Shown here: positions 30,239 through 44,838 of the stretch, in pieces
How the letters are laid out: every line of letters begins with the position of its first letter
Numbering within the stretch: position 1 is the stretch's first letter
Assembly: GCF_006345805.1 (NCBI RefSeq)
Contig: NC_043021.1
Coordinates: forward strand, 23,188,001 to 23,252,000
Reading direction: 5' to 3'
DNA from: Octopus sinensis
Taxonomy: Eukaryota
Length of the DNA: 64,000 nucleotides
Program-made: the position numbers and the translations under genes
Notes under the pieces: model-generated
The model's input: only the letters and a program-made list of their open reading frames with translations
What the model was told of the DNA's origin: nothing
The model's database searches: none

Positions 30239-31407
30239 TAATATGGATTGTATATATATATGTGTGTGTATGTGTGTGTGTGTGTGTGTGTGTGTATGCA
30301 AGTATGAATGCATGTATATATTCATATATTATCATGCTCTTTTTTCTTGATCTCGTTACAAAAACTCGTTATAAAACAAATACACACATGCGTCAATACA
30401 GACAGAACGACACATATAGAAACGGGGAGAAAAAAAAGTGAAATTTGCAGAAATGCGGATTCGAGATCAATCAAGCGAAATCCATGGAAATTGAAAGCTA
30501 TGTAACCCCAGCATGTGAGGAAGCACATAGATTCCGCCATTACTGCAAACAATACACAAAATAAAAGCAAAATGGCGCTCGTTTTATTCCTTTCTGCGTT
30601 CGCACACTTTTGCACTATTGTTCTCGATACCACCATGCTTTTCAGATTTCCTGATATGCAAACATTAACGCCATTGCCTGCTTTATTTCATTGTACTGGT
30701 TGTGAAAGCTGCGTAGAAAAGCAGAAGCGCTTTATATGTTATTCGATATTCTATACGCTTCGGGATAGGTTTTGGCATTTGCAAGTTTCCATATAGGATG
30801 AAACTAATTAATAAGAGACACAGCTTTATTATCGAATACTTCCTATTCTTATTCCATGTCAATTAGCGAGATTAGTTCAGTTTTAGATTTAGGTGAATTT
30901 GCTTGTTTGTTTCATCTAACATTTCTTCTCTCATTTTGGAAAATTGTTATTAGTGTTGATGGGTTTCGTTGGTTTTATCATGTTTTAATATGGCTTTATT
31001 TTATGAAGATATGCTTCAGGCCCACTACAAGCAGAACACATCTAATAAACACGAAGAATAACGGTCGTGACGCAAATATCAAATATCATGTAAACTTTCC
31101 ATACATCGCTTCAGTGTGGATTTATTGCGGAGTAATTTCAATGGAGGTTGGTTGGTTGGTTGGGTGTCTATCCGTGTGGGCGTGTGCATGTGTGTGTGTA
31201 TGTGTGTGTGTGTGTGTGTGTGCTTAGGATTCAACACGATTGTAACAGTAGAGTATATATAAATATATATTCAAATTTACAGACTTTACATATGTACACA
31301 TTCACACACACAAAACACACACACACACACTTGCAGATTAACAGGGTGGAGAGGGCAGTAATTTTATTGCATAATTGGTTCATCGATATTTTATCAGAAG
31401 AATTTTG

Positions 31408-31425
31408 TTATATTATTACTATTGT

Positions 31426-31490
<65 letters not shown>

Positions 31491-31522
31491 TACTACTACT
31501 ACTATTATTATTATTATTATCA

Positions 31523-31560
<38 letters not shown>

Positions 31561-31573
31561 GTTATTATTATTA

Positions 31574-31634
<61 letters not shown>

Positions 31635-31640
31635 TTATTC
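31408..31640. repeat. (TAC)n(TAT)n microsatellite
   Basis: Directly visible. Confidence 0.95.
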
Positions 31641-34284
31641 AGTAGTCGCATTTTTATCACGCGCTTTCACTGCACTACCGAACGCAGCTCTCTGTGTGCC
31701 TTGGGTATGTGCTATGGTTTGTTGTGATGCTCTTACTTTTACTGTATTGAAAGTGTTTTACGTACGATGTGTGCAGCGTCAAGTGATGCTATTTTCTGTA
31801 TGTTATATATATTGTTAGTCCTGGTGTTTTTGCTGTGTATTGTCTGAATATCTTTTTTTGTCATATCTTATGCGCCGATAATGGTAAGAATTGTTTCTAT
31901 GGCTGATATTTTTTATGAATGTCGTCACTTACTCTCTCACTTTGTCTTTCCCGTGAAACTCTCTGCCCCTCTTCCACGTTTCGGCATCTTTTTTTTTGTT
32001 AGACGCCGTCAAAAAGCTATGGATGATATTTTTCATGGCTAAAAGCTACGGCTGAAAATAGAATTTTACCGCTATCCGCGGGTGCCTCGGGAAAAAAATA
32101 AGTTGACAAAACCCAGATAGGATGTTGACGAATGTCCTCCTAAAATTTGAGCGACAATGCGTGCTAATTTGTGGATGCGCATAAACTACAATCACGTACA
32201 CACACATGCGCGCACACACACACACACACACATACACATCTTGCCTTATATATATACAGATAATAGCAGTTCTGTTGTATTTTTTACATACCGTGCTATG
32301 TTGGTTCCTTCTGCGCTAATAATTGTTCGCATCCAACCAGTCTTTTTTCTCACTGATCTCGAAAAAGTATAAACAAACAATAACAAATCTCTGTAGCTGC
32401 ACGACAATGTGAAGTATATTTGCCACTTAAATGTGGCTAACCACTATGGGTGCTACTGTAGCTTCTAGCCCCATGAGAACATCTTCTCCAGCTGGCTATT
32501 GACACACTTTCTGTGCCCTTTCAGAATATGGAAAGGGAAGCCATCCTTCCCATCATCGGCCTGACGTGATACGCACGGAACCGGGTTTCTGGGTATTTGC
32601 CCATCGTCAACGCACGACAATCACCGGTCTTCGATGCGAAGGGGTCGCAATGCAAATACATATATCCTTTTTCCAGTGACGAAAAGTCACTGATCTCGAA
32701 AAAGTGTAAACAAGCAATAATAAATCTCTGAACGAGGTATAAACAGTAGCTGCATGACAATGTGCTGATCACTTACCTTTCGAAGGAGAAGAAACATACA
32801 GTCATCGAGTTCTGGGTGCAGACTGTCCCACGTTGTTTACAGACATAACACCATTGATGAGAACAATGTGCAAAAAGCGATAAAGAGAATGAAGGGAAGG
32901 GAAAAGCAGAATAGATGTGGAATCGAGCAATGGGAAACCACCAGTTGGAACCACAAACATGAATACCCAGGGACTGGGCGGACTGATGCGCTTTGAGAGT
33001 TGAGTGAAAATCCTTGAGCTGGCTACGTAACTGGATTGTGGCATAATGCATAACAAGGAGAAGTGGAAGATTTTATTTATAGAAAAATATTTGCAAAACA
33101 GATGTCTCGAGAGTTGATATTTGATTTGAAGGTGAGATGGGGGGAAATTTCCATTGATTTGCTACAAGCGTTTCTTTTACGATATGGTGAAGGACTATGT
33201 AACATGCTGCGTATGGTTACGATCCGGAAAGGAGATATTAATGAGTGGAATATCGTCACATATTTTCTGCAAGAACTCAAAAGGCCAAGAGCCAGTAACC
33301 GACAGATACTATTATGGGGGATTCTTCGTTGGATCACAATTGCTTTATTCTCATTCAGTTTTTGGGCCGGAGCTGTAACGTGCGCAACACGAAACATGTA
33401 GCACGTCTCCACATCTTACACAACTTTAATAGAATAACACTCAAGTAATCAGACGTATTATCCAACAAAGCCTTCATATTTTAAAACGCATAACGATTTG
33501 ACTATATTTGGCTGTTATTTCTCGCAGTTTCTTCGACTTCATCAGTACCCTATCGGTTTAGTATACTTATACCCTGGCTAAAACAAACGGACAAAATAAA
33601 ATATTGTTTTTAACTACATAGCTTTTATTCCTGACTCCAGTTCCCGATATCGGCATTGTGTTATCCTTTTTCAGATTCTATTGGTCGATATTTTATGTGA
33701 CATTAAACTTACAGTCACTTACGTTCTGAGTACAAACATATATAATATTATACGCAAAGAAACAATTGTAGAGATTTGGCTAAAAGTCCGTTCATTCTAT
33801 TTTCTTTTATAATAATATTATATAGATACACAATCTATGACCCATAACATGTTATGAGTTAAAATTTGTCTGTTCACTCTGTGAATACATAACTAAGACT
33901 CAGGGTTACACGAGTCTGAAACGACCAAAATCAAGAAATTAATCTCTATTAAGGCACTGAATACGCTTCTCTACGACGGTCGACACAAAAATGTACATAC
34001 ATACATACATACATATTATATATTATGTATATATACATGTTTTGTTTAGGCTTTGCGACACTGATAAAATTGTGTTAGAAATCGATATACATGTTCAGAA
34101 TAAAGCGATGTGTGAGTACACAACGTAATATGAAATTGAATAAACCACAAAAGTAGGCGGACATTATGCTATGAACTTCATTAGCATTCATATTTTTCTG
34201 CTATAAGATACGGAGCACTCGGAGCTACGTGTTAGTGCGTCACCTCTCAGCTTCTATGGAGATTCTCTGTCAGTAAATAAATAA

Positions 34285-34326
<42 letters not shown>

Positions 34327-34629
34327 GCGTGTGTGTTTGTGTGTTGGTGTGAGTGCATATATATATATATATGTGTGTGTAGTCAATTGAAGAAAACAAT
34401 CAATTAAAAGAACGAATAAAATTTACGGACAAGATGACGCGTGCAAAGGATGTGTCAGTTTGAAGCTTGGTGAAAAAAGAGAGGTTTTGACGTTTCGAGC
34501 AAGCTCTCCGTTGGAAAGGAGAAGGGGAAAAGGGAAAAGTCCTAAGAAGGCTAAGAAGTGGCCAATAGCATGTGCGTAGTCACATTTTTGTATTTGTGTA
34601 TGTATGTATATATGTATGTATGTGTATAT

Positions 34630-34712
<83 letters not shown>

Positions 34713-34729
34713 ATATATATAATATATAC

Positions 34730-34760
<31 letters not shown>

Positions 34761-36082
34761 ATATATATATGAGGGGGTGTATTTATATATGTATGTTGGA
34801 CCGCATCTGTAAGCAGTTTAAAATTCATATCATTTTTTATGAATTTCTATTTTAGATTAAGTTTAATCTGAGAATCTGTAACTTGTGTTGGGCATGTTGG
34901 TATGTCCCTCCTTTTTTCTTAATTGATGCTCCGCGTTCTGTCAACCCTATTGTCCTGCTGTATTAGAAATATAAGTCAGATTGAACTTTCATATAGCAGA
35001 ATTTCCAGCAAGAAATGAACACCAGAAAGTCTTCTTCAAAGCAGGTCCCTCATGCAAATGAATTGGCCCTCAAATCCTTACATTTCCGTGGGGCCAAGCT
35101 GCAATTAGGTCCGGGTCCTGATTCCTGGATATCTATATGCTGCCACATTCTGTGTTACAGTTTCCATTGAAACCCACCTTCAGAGTAAGGGCACCCAAGA
35201 TCCTAGGCGTGTTGTGTGATGTAGCGAGTTCACTGTAAGACGCCAGTTGGTTCGAGGGCAAATGATGTCTTTCGTAATATATGAACGAATTGAGAAGAAG
35301 CAGCGAAAGAATTTATAGTATAAAACGGATATCGAAACTGATTGTCGATGTATAAAGGCCGCAGATTTATGTCTACTGCTGTACGCGACATCCCCGTGTT
35401 ATGAAGGCAAGAAGTTAACATATTGTTAGAAGTGAAATATGTAATCAAACCGTGATAATTATAGTTGTTTTTAATTGTCAGATTTGTTAGTGACGACATT
35501 GAAACCTTGTTGATTACATATTTTCGTCGTTAACACTTTAGCACCGGAACAAATTTTCTAATAACAGTTCAATGGAAAATCTAGTTGATGAAGTCGCTAA
35601 TTAGCGACAAATTAACTGCGACCTAATTATTTGGTGTTATACTCTATCAACTTAAACGTGATACATTATTAGTGTTGCGTTCTACGTTCATACGAAAGCT
35701 AAATAATTAAGACATCTGAAGATGATTTAAATACATACGTTAAAGTTTCAAATCCTATCAGTCTTTAAAAGATATTTTTTTAGACTTGTCGCTACAAAAT
35801 TTGTACTAGTTTATTTTTAGAGAAAACAATTTAAATGAATTTCGTATATGCCGGTGTATAAGACACGTTTTCTAAATTTTTAAATGTAATAAAAAATTAT
35901 TGCTCAGCGTCTAATGCGACCGTATTACATGATTATGAGTGTATGCGTGTATAACATAGTACATTCGTTATTTAGAAATCAGAATTTTCTTTCCACAAAC
36001 ACGTAAGGTCATGTCTGATGCGAGGGTGCACTTTATACATTGGGAAATACATATGTTATGTGTGTGTAAGTGAAATCGGGAC

Positions 36083-36499
36083 GGGCGGCGAGCTGGCAGA
36101 AACGTTACCACGCCGGGCGAAATGTGTAGCAGTATTTCGTCTGCCGTTACGTTCTCACTTCAAATTCTGTCGATGTCGACTTTGCCTTTCATCCTTTCGA
36201 AGTCGATAAAGTAAGTACCAGTTACGCACTGGTGTCAATGTAATCGACTTAATCCGTTTGTCTGTCCTTGTTTGTGCTCTCTGTGTTTAGCCTCTTGTGA
36301 GTTGTAAAGAAATAAGTATTTCGTCTGCCGTTACGTTCTGAGTTCGAATTCTGTCGATGTCGACTTTGCCTTTCATACTTTCGAGGTCGATAAATTAAGT
36401 ACCAGTTGTGCACCGGGGTCGATGTAATCAACTTAATCCGTTTGTCTGTCCTTGTTTGTCCTCTCTGTGTTTAGCCTCTTGCGAGTCGTAAAGAAATAG
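36083..36499 (+). mobile_element. Two tandem Meta-domain SINEs (second one 5'-truncated)
   Basis: GGCGGCGAGCTGGCAG head; GTCGACTTTGCCTTTCAT...GTCGATAAA occurs twice. Confidence 0.85.
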
Positions 36500-36892
36500 G
36501 TGTAATCGGGACGCTAGTAAATAAAAAAAAATTACTGGAAGTCTGGACATTATTGACCCGAATGTTACGACTCATAGCCACGGTTACGCGGTTTCCAAAA
36601 TGCCTACGTGACGGAGATTACAACATTCTCGAGACACCGCTCCATTGCGAGACAACTCATCATCAGGTAAGTGAATTACAGTAATACGAATCGAGGTTCT
36701 TTGCAATAAAAAACAAAAAAAATGCACTGTTTCTTAACCGGGAAACAATAGCAAAATACTGAAGTTTATTTCTATTGCCAAGTGTAAAGAATAAAACAGA
36801 AAATATTGTGTTTCTCTTTAATAGACGAAGAAATGGTCCAAAAACACTCTCCCCGTTATTCATCGATAAAAAATGATGTCTTACATATCTAC

Positions 36893-37430
<538 letters not shown>

Positions 37431-38367
37431 CGACCCGGGGCCCTAGATGTGTTAACAATAACGAAATACGGGTTGTTATGCCAAGGAAAGAGATACAGCA
37501 GTCAGGGAAAGAATAGATTTGATTAAATTTGCGCTCGATAAAGGCTCATGTAGTCAACATCAACAATGACAACCGGCATAATTGTATTTGTGATCTATTA
37601 TTTTATTTTCTGTTATTTTATTTTATTTTATGTTATTGTTATTATTTTTTTTCTAACTCTGAACCTAAAAGATATTAGACAAGAATCAAAATAACCAACA
37701 AAATACGATATGATGAAAAATTGGTTAACAAATCTTCTTCTCTGACGGATACGAAATAATGAAATAAGAAAAAAGCGAAATCTGATTTTTAAGATGAAAT
37801 TGAATACGGATATTTAATACATCAAAGGTGGGAGAAAGAAACAGGCAGAGAGAGAAGGAGAGAGAGAGGGAGAGGGGGAAGGGAGAGAGAGTTCTCAGGA
37901 ATAGAAAGATATATATATAATGTGAGAGAGACAGGGAGAGAGAGTGAGTGAAAAAGCTATCTAAATGCAAATGTTATATCCATGCATTATTCGCCTACAA
38001 TGATATAATGAGTTGTACGATGATCTCTTTAAAGGAGGGCGAGAGAGAAAGAGAGAGACAAACAAATAGAGAGAGAAAGGGAGAGACCGAGAGGGAGAAA
38101 GCGAGAGAAAGAGTGAGTGATAAACAATGAGACTTCATTTCATAGAAAAACGATGAGTGAGCTTTATGTAGAGTGAATGAGCACACCGATGTTGGTTGGG
38201 TTGTGTTGGTGTGTTGGGAGGTGAGCCAAATTAACGTTGTAACTCGAGAAATTGAAGTTTCAATTATAGAGGAAAAATTGATATTTCGCTAGCGTTCAAT
38301 TCACTTTTTTATTCCTACATCGTCAGCATAAACGATAAACAAATTATCATTATTATTATTATTATTT

Positions 38368-38425
<58 letters not shown>

Positions 38426-38860
38426 TAATAATAACAGTAGCAATTGTAATTGAGAATTGTAATAATCATTGTAGTTGTAAGATAATGATAGCAATAGAGA
38501 TGTTTTGTTTGGGTTGCTAATAACAGTGTATGTATGCATATATATACATACATACTTACATATTTATATATATATATATATATAATATATATATATTTAG
38601 TGATTTCCCGTCGAGTCCCTTGTCGACGGCATAATATCGTATATACGTAAACATACAGTGGTGTGCAAATGTGGTAATCCTGGTTCAGGCTTTCCCATTT
38701 CAAATCCATCCTCGCCATTACGCAAAGATTCTTCTTTAAAGTCGGCATTACATTGGAAGTTCCGCCTCCACAAGTATGCAGATGAGCACTCCGGCAGTGC
38801 GAAAGCATGAGAAATAAAAGGATCATACATCTTCGTACTTCACGTCTTCTAAATTCTTGG

Positions 38861-39216
38861 CACTCCATCGGTTAGGACGACAAGGGTTCCAGTTGATCCG
38901 ATCAACGGAACAGCCTGCTTGTGAAGTTAACTTGTAAGTGGCTGAGTAAACCACAGACACAGGTACCCTTAACGTAGTGCTCGGGGGAGATTCAGCGTGA
39001 CGCAGAGTGTGACAAGGCCTGCCCCTTTGAAATACAGGTAGAACAGAAACAGGAAGGAAGTGTGAAAGTTGTGGTGAAAGACAACAGAAGGATTCGGCTC
39101 CACCCACTGCCGGAGCCTCGTGGAACTTTAGATGTTTTCGCTCAATAAACACTAACAATGCCCGGTCTGGGAATCGAAACAGTCCACTGCCCTAACCACC
39201 GGGCCATTCTGTCTCC
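38861..39216 (-). mobile_element. Family C SINE, diverged
   Basis: Reverse complement of 15693-16076. Confidence 0.8.
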
Positions 39217-39345
39217 ACATATTTTAGATAACTGCTACTCGTTACAAATTCAACCTCATTCACCCCGATTTGTTTTTGTCTCCTCAAAATATGAGTGTTT
39301 TCAATTATATGCACTTCACATATTTTTATCATCCTTCTGTCTATA

Positions 39346-39396
<51 letters not shown>

Positions 39397-39565
39397 TTCT
39401 CTCTGGATTGGTGCTGGTGGGGCTGAGTTATAAATAAGCTTGGTTACAAATTTTGTAGACTTTGGTTCAGTCCCGCATTGAAGCAATATCTGCAACTGTT
39501 TCTAATAGCATGAAACGAATGTACTACACTAATTTTGGATATCCTTGTTGCTTATTTTGATTGTA

Positions 39566-39663
<98 letters not shown>

Positions 39664-39688
39664 ATATCTATCTATCTATATATCTATC

Positions 39689-39788
39689 NNNNNNNNNNNN
39701 NNNNNNNNNNNNNNNNNNNNNNNNNNNNNNNNNNNNNNNNNNNNNNNNNNNNNNNNNNNNNNNNNNNNNNNNNNNNNNNNNNNNNNNN
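39689..39788. other. Assembly gap (100 N)
   Basis: Run of N. Confidence 1.
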
Positions 39789-39856
39789 ATCAAAGAAAAA
39801 AAAAAGCCCAGCTTTCTTAACTCGAATGAAGCATAGTAAATAAAACAGCTGGAAAT

Positions 39857-40740
39857 TACAGGCTGGATTTTTCAAATCCAACACTGTTATGGTCCGGGAG
39901 CTTCCATAGTCTGGCAATCCGGCAAATCGCATAGTTCGGTAATTCCCAAAATCCAACACTGTTATGTTCCGGGAGCTTCCATAGTCTGGCAATCCGGCAA
40001 ATCGCATAGTTCGGTAATTCCCAAGTAGTTTGTAAACACCATGGTGCAGCAACTGCCATTAGTCTGGCAACTTCCATCATCCGGCAACTGTCATTAATCC
40101 GACACCTCCTACGATCCGGTACCTGCCATGGTAGGCAACTGTCATAGCATGGTGGGTCCCATGGTCCGGCACGTTTTGAGTCTACCGCCATTTGTTTGTT
40201 TACCGTTAGGGTGTCGCTGTTAGCCGTGCTAAGCCACCAAACTTTGTCTCATTCAAACAAGTGTTTTGGTGACACAGCTTTACTTATTTCTGATATTTAG
40301 CTGACTTTTACCCCTTCCTTGATGTCACCCAAGACACTAAGAACTACAAATGATGGTGTCCCTATTCATAAATGTAAGAATAAATCCTTGTCTGCTTTTG
40401 AGAAAGTGGAGATGTTGAAAGAAGCGTTAGATAAAGGAACCGCGGTGAAGAACTTGTTGTGTAAGTCCAATGGCATTGGATCATCAACAGAGTGTGACTT
40501 AGCGAAACAAAAGGAGATTTTAAGAGTTTTTTTAAAAATTAAAAATGGAAATCAGAAAGTTCTAACAGATTTGGGAAACTGTGAAATGTAGCAAGAATAC
40601 GGAAATAGCGCATTTAAAAAGTGGTTTAAGCTACGACTGAACGAAGGTTTAACTGTTTCTGAGGGAAATGCTTATGGCGTAAGATAAAGATTCTTGAATA
40701 TAGAACATAAGTTGGAATATGACTGTGATTATTCGCAACT
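39857..40740 (+). mobile_element. Tigger/Jerky-like DNA transposon, 5' fragment
   Basis: TACAGG start; subterminal repeats including a 75-bp tandem duplication (39874-40024); ORF 40319-40591 KSLSAFEKVEMLKEALDKG...GIGSSTECDLAKQK resembles a psq/CENP-B HTH. Confidence 0.7.
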
Positions 40741-40744
40741 ATAG

Positions 40745-41100
40745 TCAGCTCAGGGATCTCATTGCAGGCTGATGGGACCTGCTACTGATAACCATTTAAA
40801 CCAGTACTGCTTGCCCCATGGTCGTGTGGTCGGCGACTAAACCGGCTCCTTCACTTTAGTAGTTTGTTACTCTTGTGAGGAGGGCGTTTGGACACCCAGC
40901 AGGGCTAAAAACAAGACCTGTCGAAGGACGGATGAGCTCCTTGTGAGTCAATGGCCATCCAGTTGGGGAAGGCAATGGCGAACCAGCCCCAATATCTCTG
41001 TGAAGTCAGAAGGAAGTAATGCTATGGCTTCATCCGATGCGAGACTTCGTGCTTTATCTTAATCGGGAAGACTTTCGTTGTAAAGTCATCAACGCGCTGC
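40745..41100 (+). mobile_element. Probable RTE/BovB-like LINE 5' region fragment
   Basis: GGGGAAGGCAATGGCGAACCA motif and higher GC; assigned from memory of the family. Confidence 0.35.
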
Positions 41101-41116
41101 AAAACGCACGATGTGT

Positions 41117-41362
41117 ACTCTTCTTTTACTCTCTTACTTGTTTCAGTCATTTGACTGTGGCCATGCTGGAGCACCGCCTTTAGTCGAGCAAATCGCCCCC
41201 GGGACTTATTCTTTGTAAGCCTAGTACTTATTCTATCGGTCTCTTTTGTCGAACCGCTAAGTTACGGGGACGTAAACACACCAGCATCGGTTGTCAAACG
41301 ATGTTGGGGGACAAACACAGACACACAATCATACACACGCACGTACACACGCACACACACAC

Positions 41363-41395
<33 letters not shown>

Positions 41396-41773
41396 CACAC
41401 ACACATATATATATAGGGAGAGTTCACGAAAAATATAAAAGACGAAGACAGGTGGTGTACAAAACAAACAGATGTATTAGCATAACGCTCAGGAATTGAA
41501 AAAGTCCTTAACGTTTCGAGCCTACGCTCTTCTACAGAAAGGGACACAGAAAAAACAAGGAGAGAAACAAGGAGAGAAAAAATGTGTGTAGTGGCTACCG
41601 ATTTATCACATATACGACGGGCTTCTTTCAGTTTCCGTCTACCAAATCCACTCACAAGGCTTTGGTCGGCCCGAGGCTATAGCTGAAGACACTTGCCCAA
41701 GGTGCCATGCAGTGGACTGAACCCGGAACCAAGTGGTTGGTAAGCAAGCTACTTACCACACAGCCACTCCCAC
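41117..41773 (-). mobile_element. Family A SINE interrupted by a Penelope-like fragment (41417-41610)
   Basis: Tail 41117-41330 and head 41613-41773 match the reverse complement of 6566-6958. Confidence 0.85.
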
Positions 41774-41799
41774 GCATGACAACGACATTCGCAGCGGAT

Positions 41800-42080
41800 G
41801 GTTACACAAGTTCAATTTGTTTGCACTGAACGATTGCGGGAATACTAAAAGAGAGACAAACTCTCTTATCAGCTCGCGGCGCACCCTGTCCGATTTCTGT
41901 AACTGAAGAGGAGATAATTACTCCGAAATACTTGTAACTCACAGACTGTGTAGGTGGCGCTGCGAGATGATTTTGGTGCAACGTCAGGACTGTAGGAAGG
42001 CCGAGGGGGGCAGTTTTGATACCCATCTTTGCGAAGTATTTGTAGGCACACGCGCGTGTGTGAAAATTCGTTCATTGATT
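41800..42080 (-). mobile_element. Mariner transposase fragment
   Basis: PPRPSYSPDVAP resembles the mariner HPPYSPDLAP motif. Confidence 0.5.
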
Positions 42081-42117
42081 TTCTAGGGGTCTCAGTTGGT
42101 TAAAGTTGACGATATAG

Positions 42118-42720
42118 CTAAGTTAAGTTAGTTAAGTTAATTCTTTGGCTCAAAAAGCAAAAAGCAAGGCCATGTAAGGGGACATGGAGTTATGTACAGG
42201 GTGGTGTTCATGCAAAGAGTTCAGGCCATTTCCGGTCAAGAGAGACTTTGAACCGAGCAGTCGTCGGCATCTTCACTATCTCGTCCGGCAGCTTATTCCA
42301 CGGATCCGCAACCCGGACGGAGAAAGCCCCTCTCCTTCGATTGAGATGAAATTGTCGCAGATAGAGCTTTTCGGAGTGACCCCGCAGCCGATGTTCTGGA
42401 GCAGGAGTGAAGAACAGCTCTTTTGAGAGGTTACACTTTCCGCTTATGATGTTGTGAGCAAGAATGAGATCACCACGGCGGCGGCGTTTTTCTAGAGAAT
42501 AAAGGTCGAGCGTCTTCAGCCTTTCTTCATAAGACAAATGCTTGAGACCAAGAACCATGCGGGTAGCCAGCTTCTGGACTCTTTCGAAATGATGTATGTC
42601 TTTGAGGAGATAAGGAGAAGCGGCTTGAATCCCGTATATGTATACGCTTTATTTTCTTTTGTGTTGTACTCAAAGATGGCAAACTTGCTTCTTGTAGAAT
42701 TTCAGGAAACAACAATTTAA
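42118..42720 (-). mobile_element. 3' fragment of a CR1-clade LINE (ORF2 C-terminus, 3' UTR, short tandem tail)
   Basis: GLKHLSYEERLKTLDLYSLEKRRRRGDLI...RLRGHSEKL...FSVRVADPWNKLP...FKVSLD is typical of CR1 ORF2; (TAAC)-type tail at ~42118-42140. Confidence 0.9.
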
Positions 42721-42749
42721 TGGCAACTCGCTACGGAGCGAGCAAACAA

Positions 42750-42965
42750 TGGAAGGATACTTCAGTTGAAGAATCTCCGTTAAATGAGTGTGTCGGATCA
42801 CCAGTACCGGACACTTGAAGGGATCTGGACCCAGTTAGGGCATGATTGCTAAGTGTTCCCCTGCTGGTTTCGAAATACTGCCATTAGTGAGGATCGAACC
42901 CGGGACCTTCGGGTGATATTATTTCCCAGAACTGTGGTGTATACCGCTCGGTCACGAAGACTTCC
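42750..42965 (-). mobile_element. tRNA-derived SINE (family D)
   Basis: Minus strand A box TGACCGAGCGG, B box GGTTCGATCC; the 3' part recurs at 46182-46247. Confidence 0.7.
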
Positions 42966-43698
42966 GAAATAATCCGAAATGTGGTTCTATTTGAATCCGC
43001 GATTTTCGTCTTGTTATTTTCTATTTAGCGGTTAAAAGTGAATCAGGATAAACTGGGATTTTCAGAAAGAGAAATCGACCGGATGATTCGTACATTATAA
43101 GCGCAATCGGTGAGTGGTACAGTAAAAATATGCAAGACTTTTCTCACGTTCTAAATGTGAATTTGTTTGTGTTAAATACATCCCAAAGATGGAGCTTTGT
43201 ATCTTTGTTGGAAACTGGCTCCTTCCTCAGAGGAAGGTTTATATAATAATTAGAAAATAGAAGTGATGTTTAAATAAATACTTCATACATGCATTCATGC
43301 ACGCACGCATACATACATACATACATACACATACATACATACATACATACATACATACATACATACATACATACATACATACGTTGGTACATACGTACAT
43401 GCATACATACATACATGCATACATACATACATACACACATACATACATACACACATACATACATACACACATACATACACACATACATACATACACACAT
43501 ACATACATACACACATACATACATACACACATACATACATACATGCATACATACATACATACATACATAAATATATGCACAAATACATACTCCATACATA
43601 CAGATACATACATGCATACATACGCACATACATACATACTTCATACTTACATACACACATGAATACATAGATACACACACACACACACACACACACAC

Positions 43699-43731
<33 letters not shown>

Positions 43732-43992
43732 GTATAAATACATACATACTTCATACGTACATACATAAATACATACATGCATGCATACATACATACAAGC
43801 GAGTAGATATACATACAGATATATATATATATATACGCACACACACATACATATATAGACTTATACTTACACACATAAATTTATATAAACACATCTATCT
43901 AACCGCCACACATGAGATCTCAAATACGAGTACAAACTGCTAATCTTCAATGTTTTTCTTTGACTTCTTGTACCCATATATGCATATATATA

Positions 43993-44365
43993 TCTCTCTC
44001 TATATAAACGGCAGTTTGTCTGTGTGTGTTTCTGTGTGTCTGTTTGGTTGTACCCTCATCCTGACCACGGCTTTCAACCGATTCTGATGAAACTTGACAC
44101 ACAATAGCCCAATGGTATAATTCAAAACTAACGGCAGCGAAAATTTTGAAAAGTTCCCCCAGTTCTGAAAAAATCGATAAATTCGACATGGGGTCGAGAA
44201 TCAGAAACACAAACCACAGACTGTCTAGGGGACGCAACTCCACCTTTTTTAACTCTCAAAAAAATTTACCATAATTTTTTTTCCATTTTTTGGCTATTTT
44301 TTGGCTAAAAATGCTTTATAGTTATTTCCCTTACAAACCTGAGCAACGCCGGGCGATACTGCTAG
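43993..44365 (+). mobile_element. Non-autonomous Helitron
   Basis: A|TC start, CCTGAGCAACGCCGGG hairpin, CTAG|T end. Confidence 0.85.
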
Positions 44366-44409
44366 TATACATATATATGTCAGTATGTACATAAATGTAT
44401 ATATATATA

Positions 44410-44686
44410 GCAGCGTGGAAGGTGTTTGTAAGCCATTTAAGAAACACACAAAAGCCGTTCGATTCACTTCAACATTTAAGTTTAATTTGTCATAATATTT
44501 TTGTCGCTTTAAGACCGCGACCTGTTCACTGACAAAAATCCAGAGATGCAGCACGGATTTTTGTCAGTGAACAGGTCGCGGTCTTAAAGCGACGAAAATA
44601 TTTTGACAAATTAAACTTAAATGTTGAAGTGAATCGAACGGCTTTTGTGTGTTTCTTAAATGGCTTACAAACACCTTCCACGCTGC
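44410..44686. repeat. Near-perfect inverted repeat (~132-bp arms, ~13-nt spacer), probably Penelope-like terminal repeats in inverted orientation
   Basis: 44410-44541 is the reverse complement of 44555-44686 with about 2 mismatches. Confidence 0.9.
44560..44610 (+). ncRNA. Putative minimal type I hammerhead ribozyme, G3:C8 core variant
   Basis: TTTGTCA-GTGAACA-G-GTCGC-(9 nt)-GCGAC-GAAA-ATAT-TT-TGACAAA. Confidence 0.55.
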
Positions 44687-44748
44687 AATTGTTTTCGTTC
44701 CAGCACACGATCTCAGATCAAATCACTTGCTATGCAAGTACATCTCCG

Positions 44749-44838
<90 letters not shown>

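Noticed and set aside
33063-33412. Overlapping ~110-aa ORFs on both strands
   Set aside because: No recognisable domain; these lengths are compatible with chance
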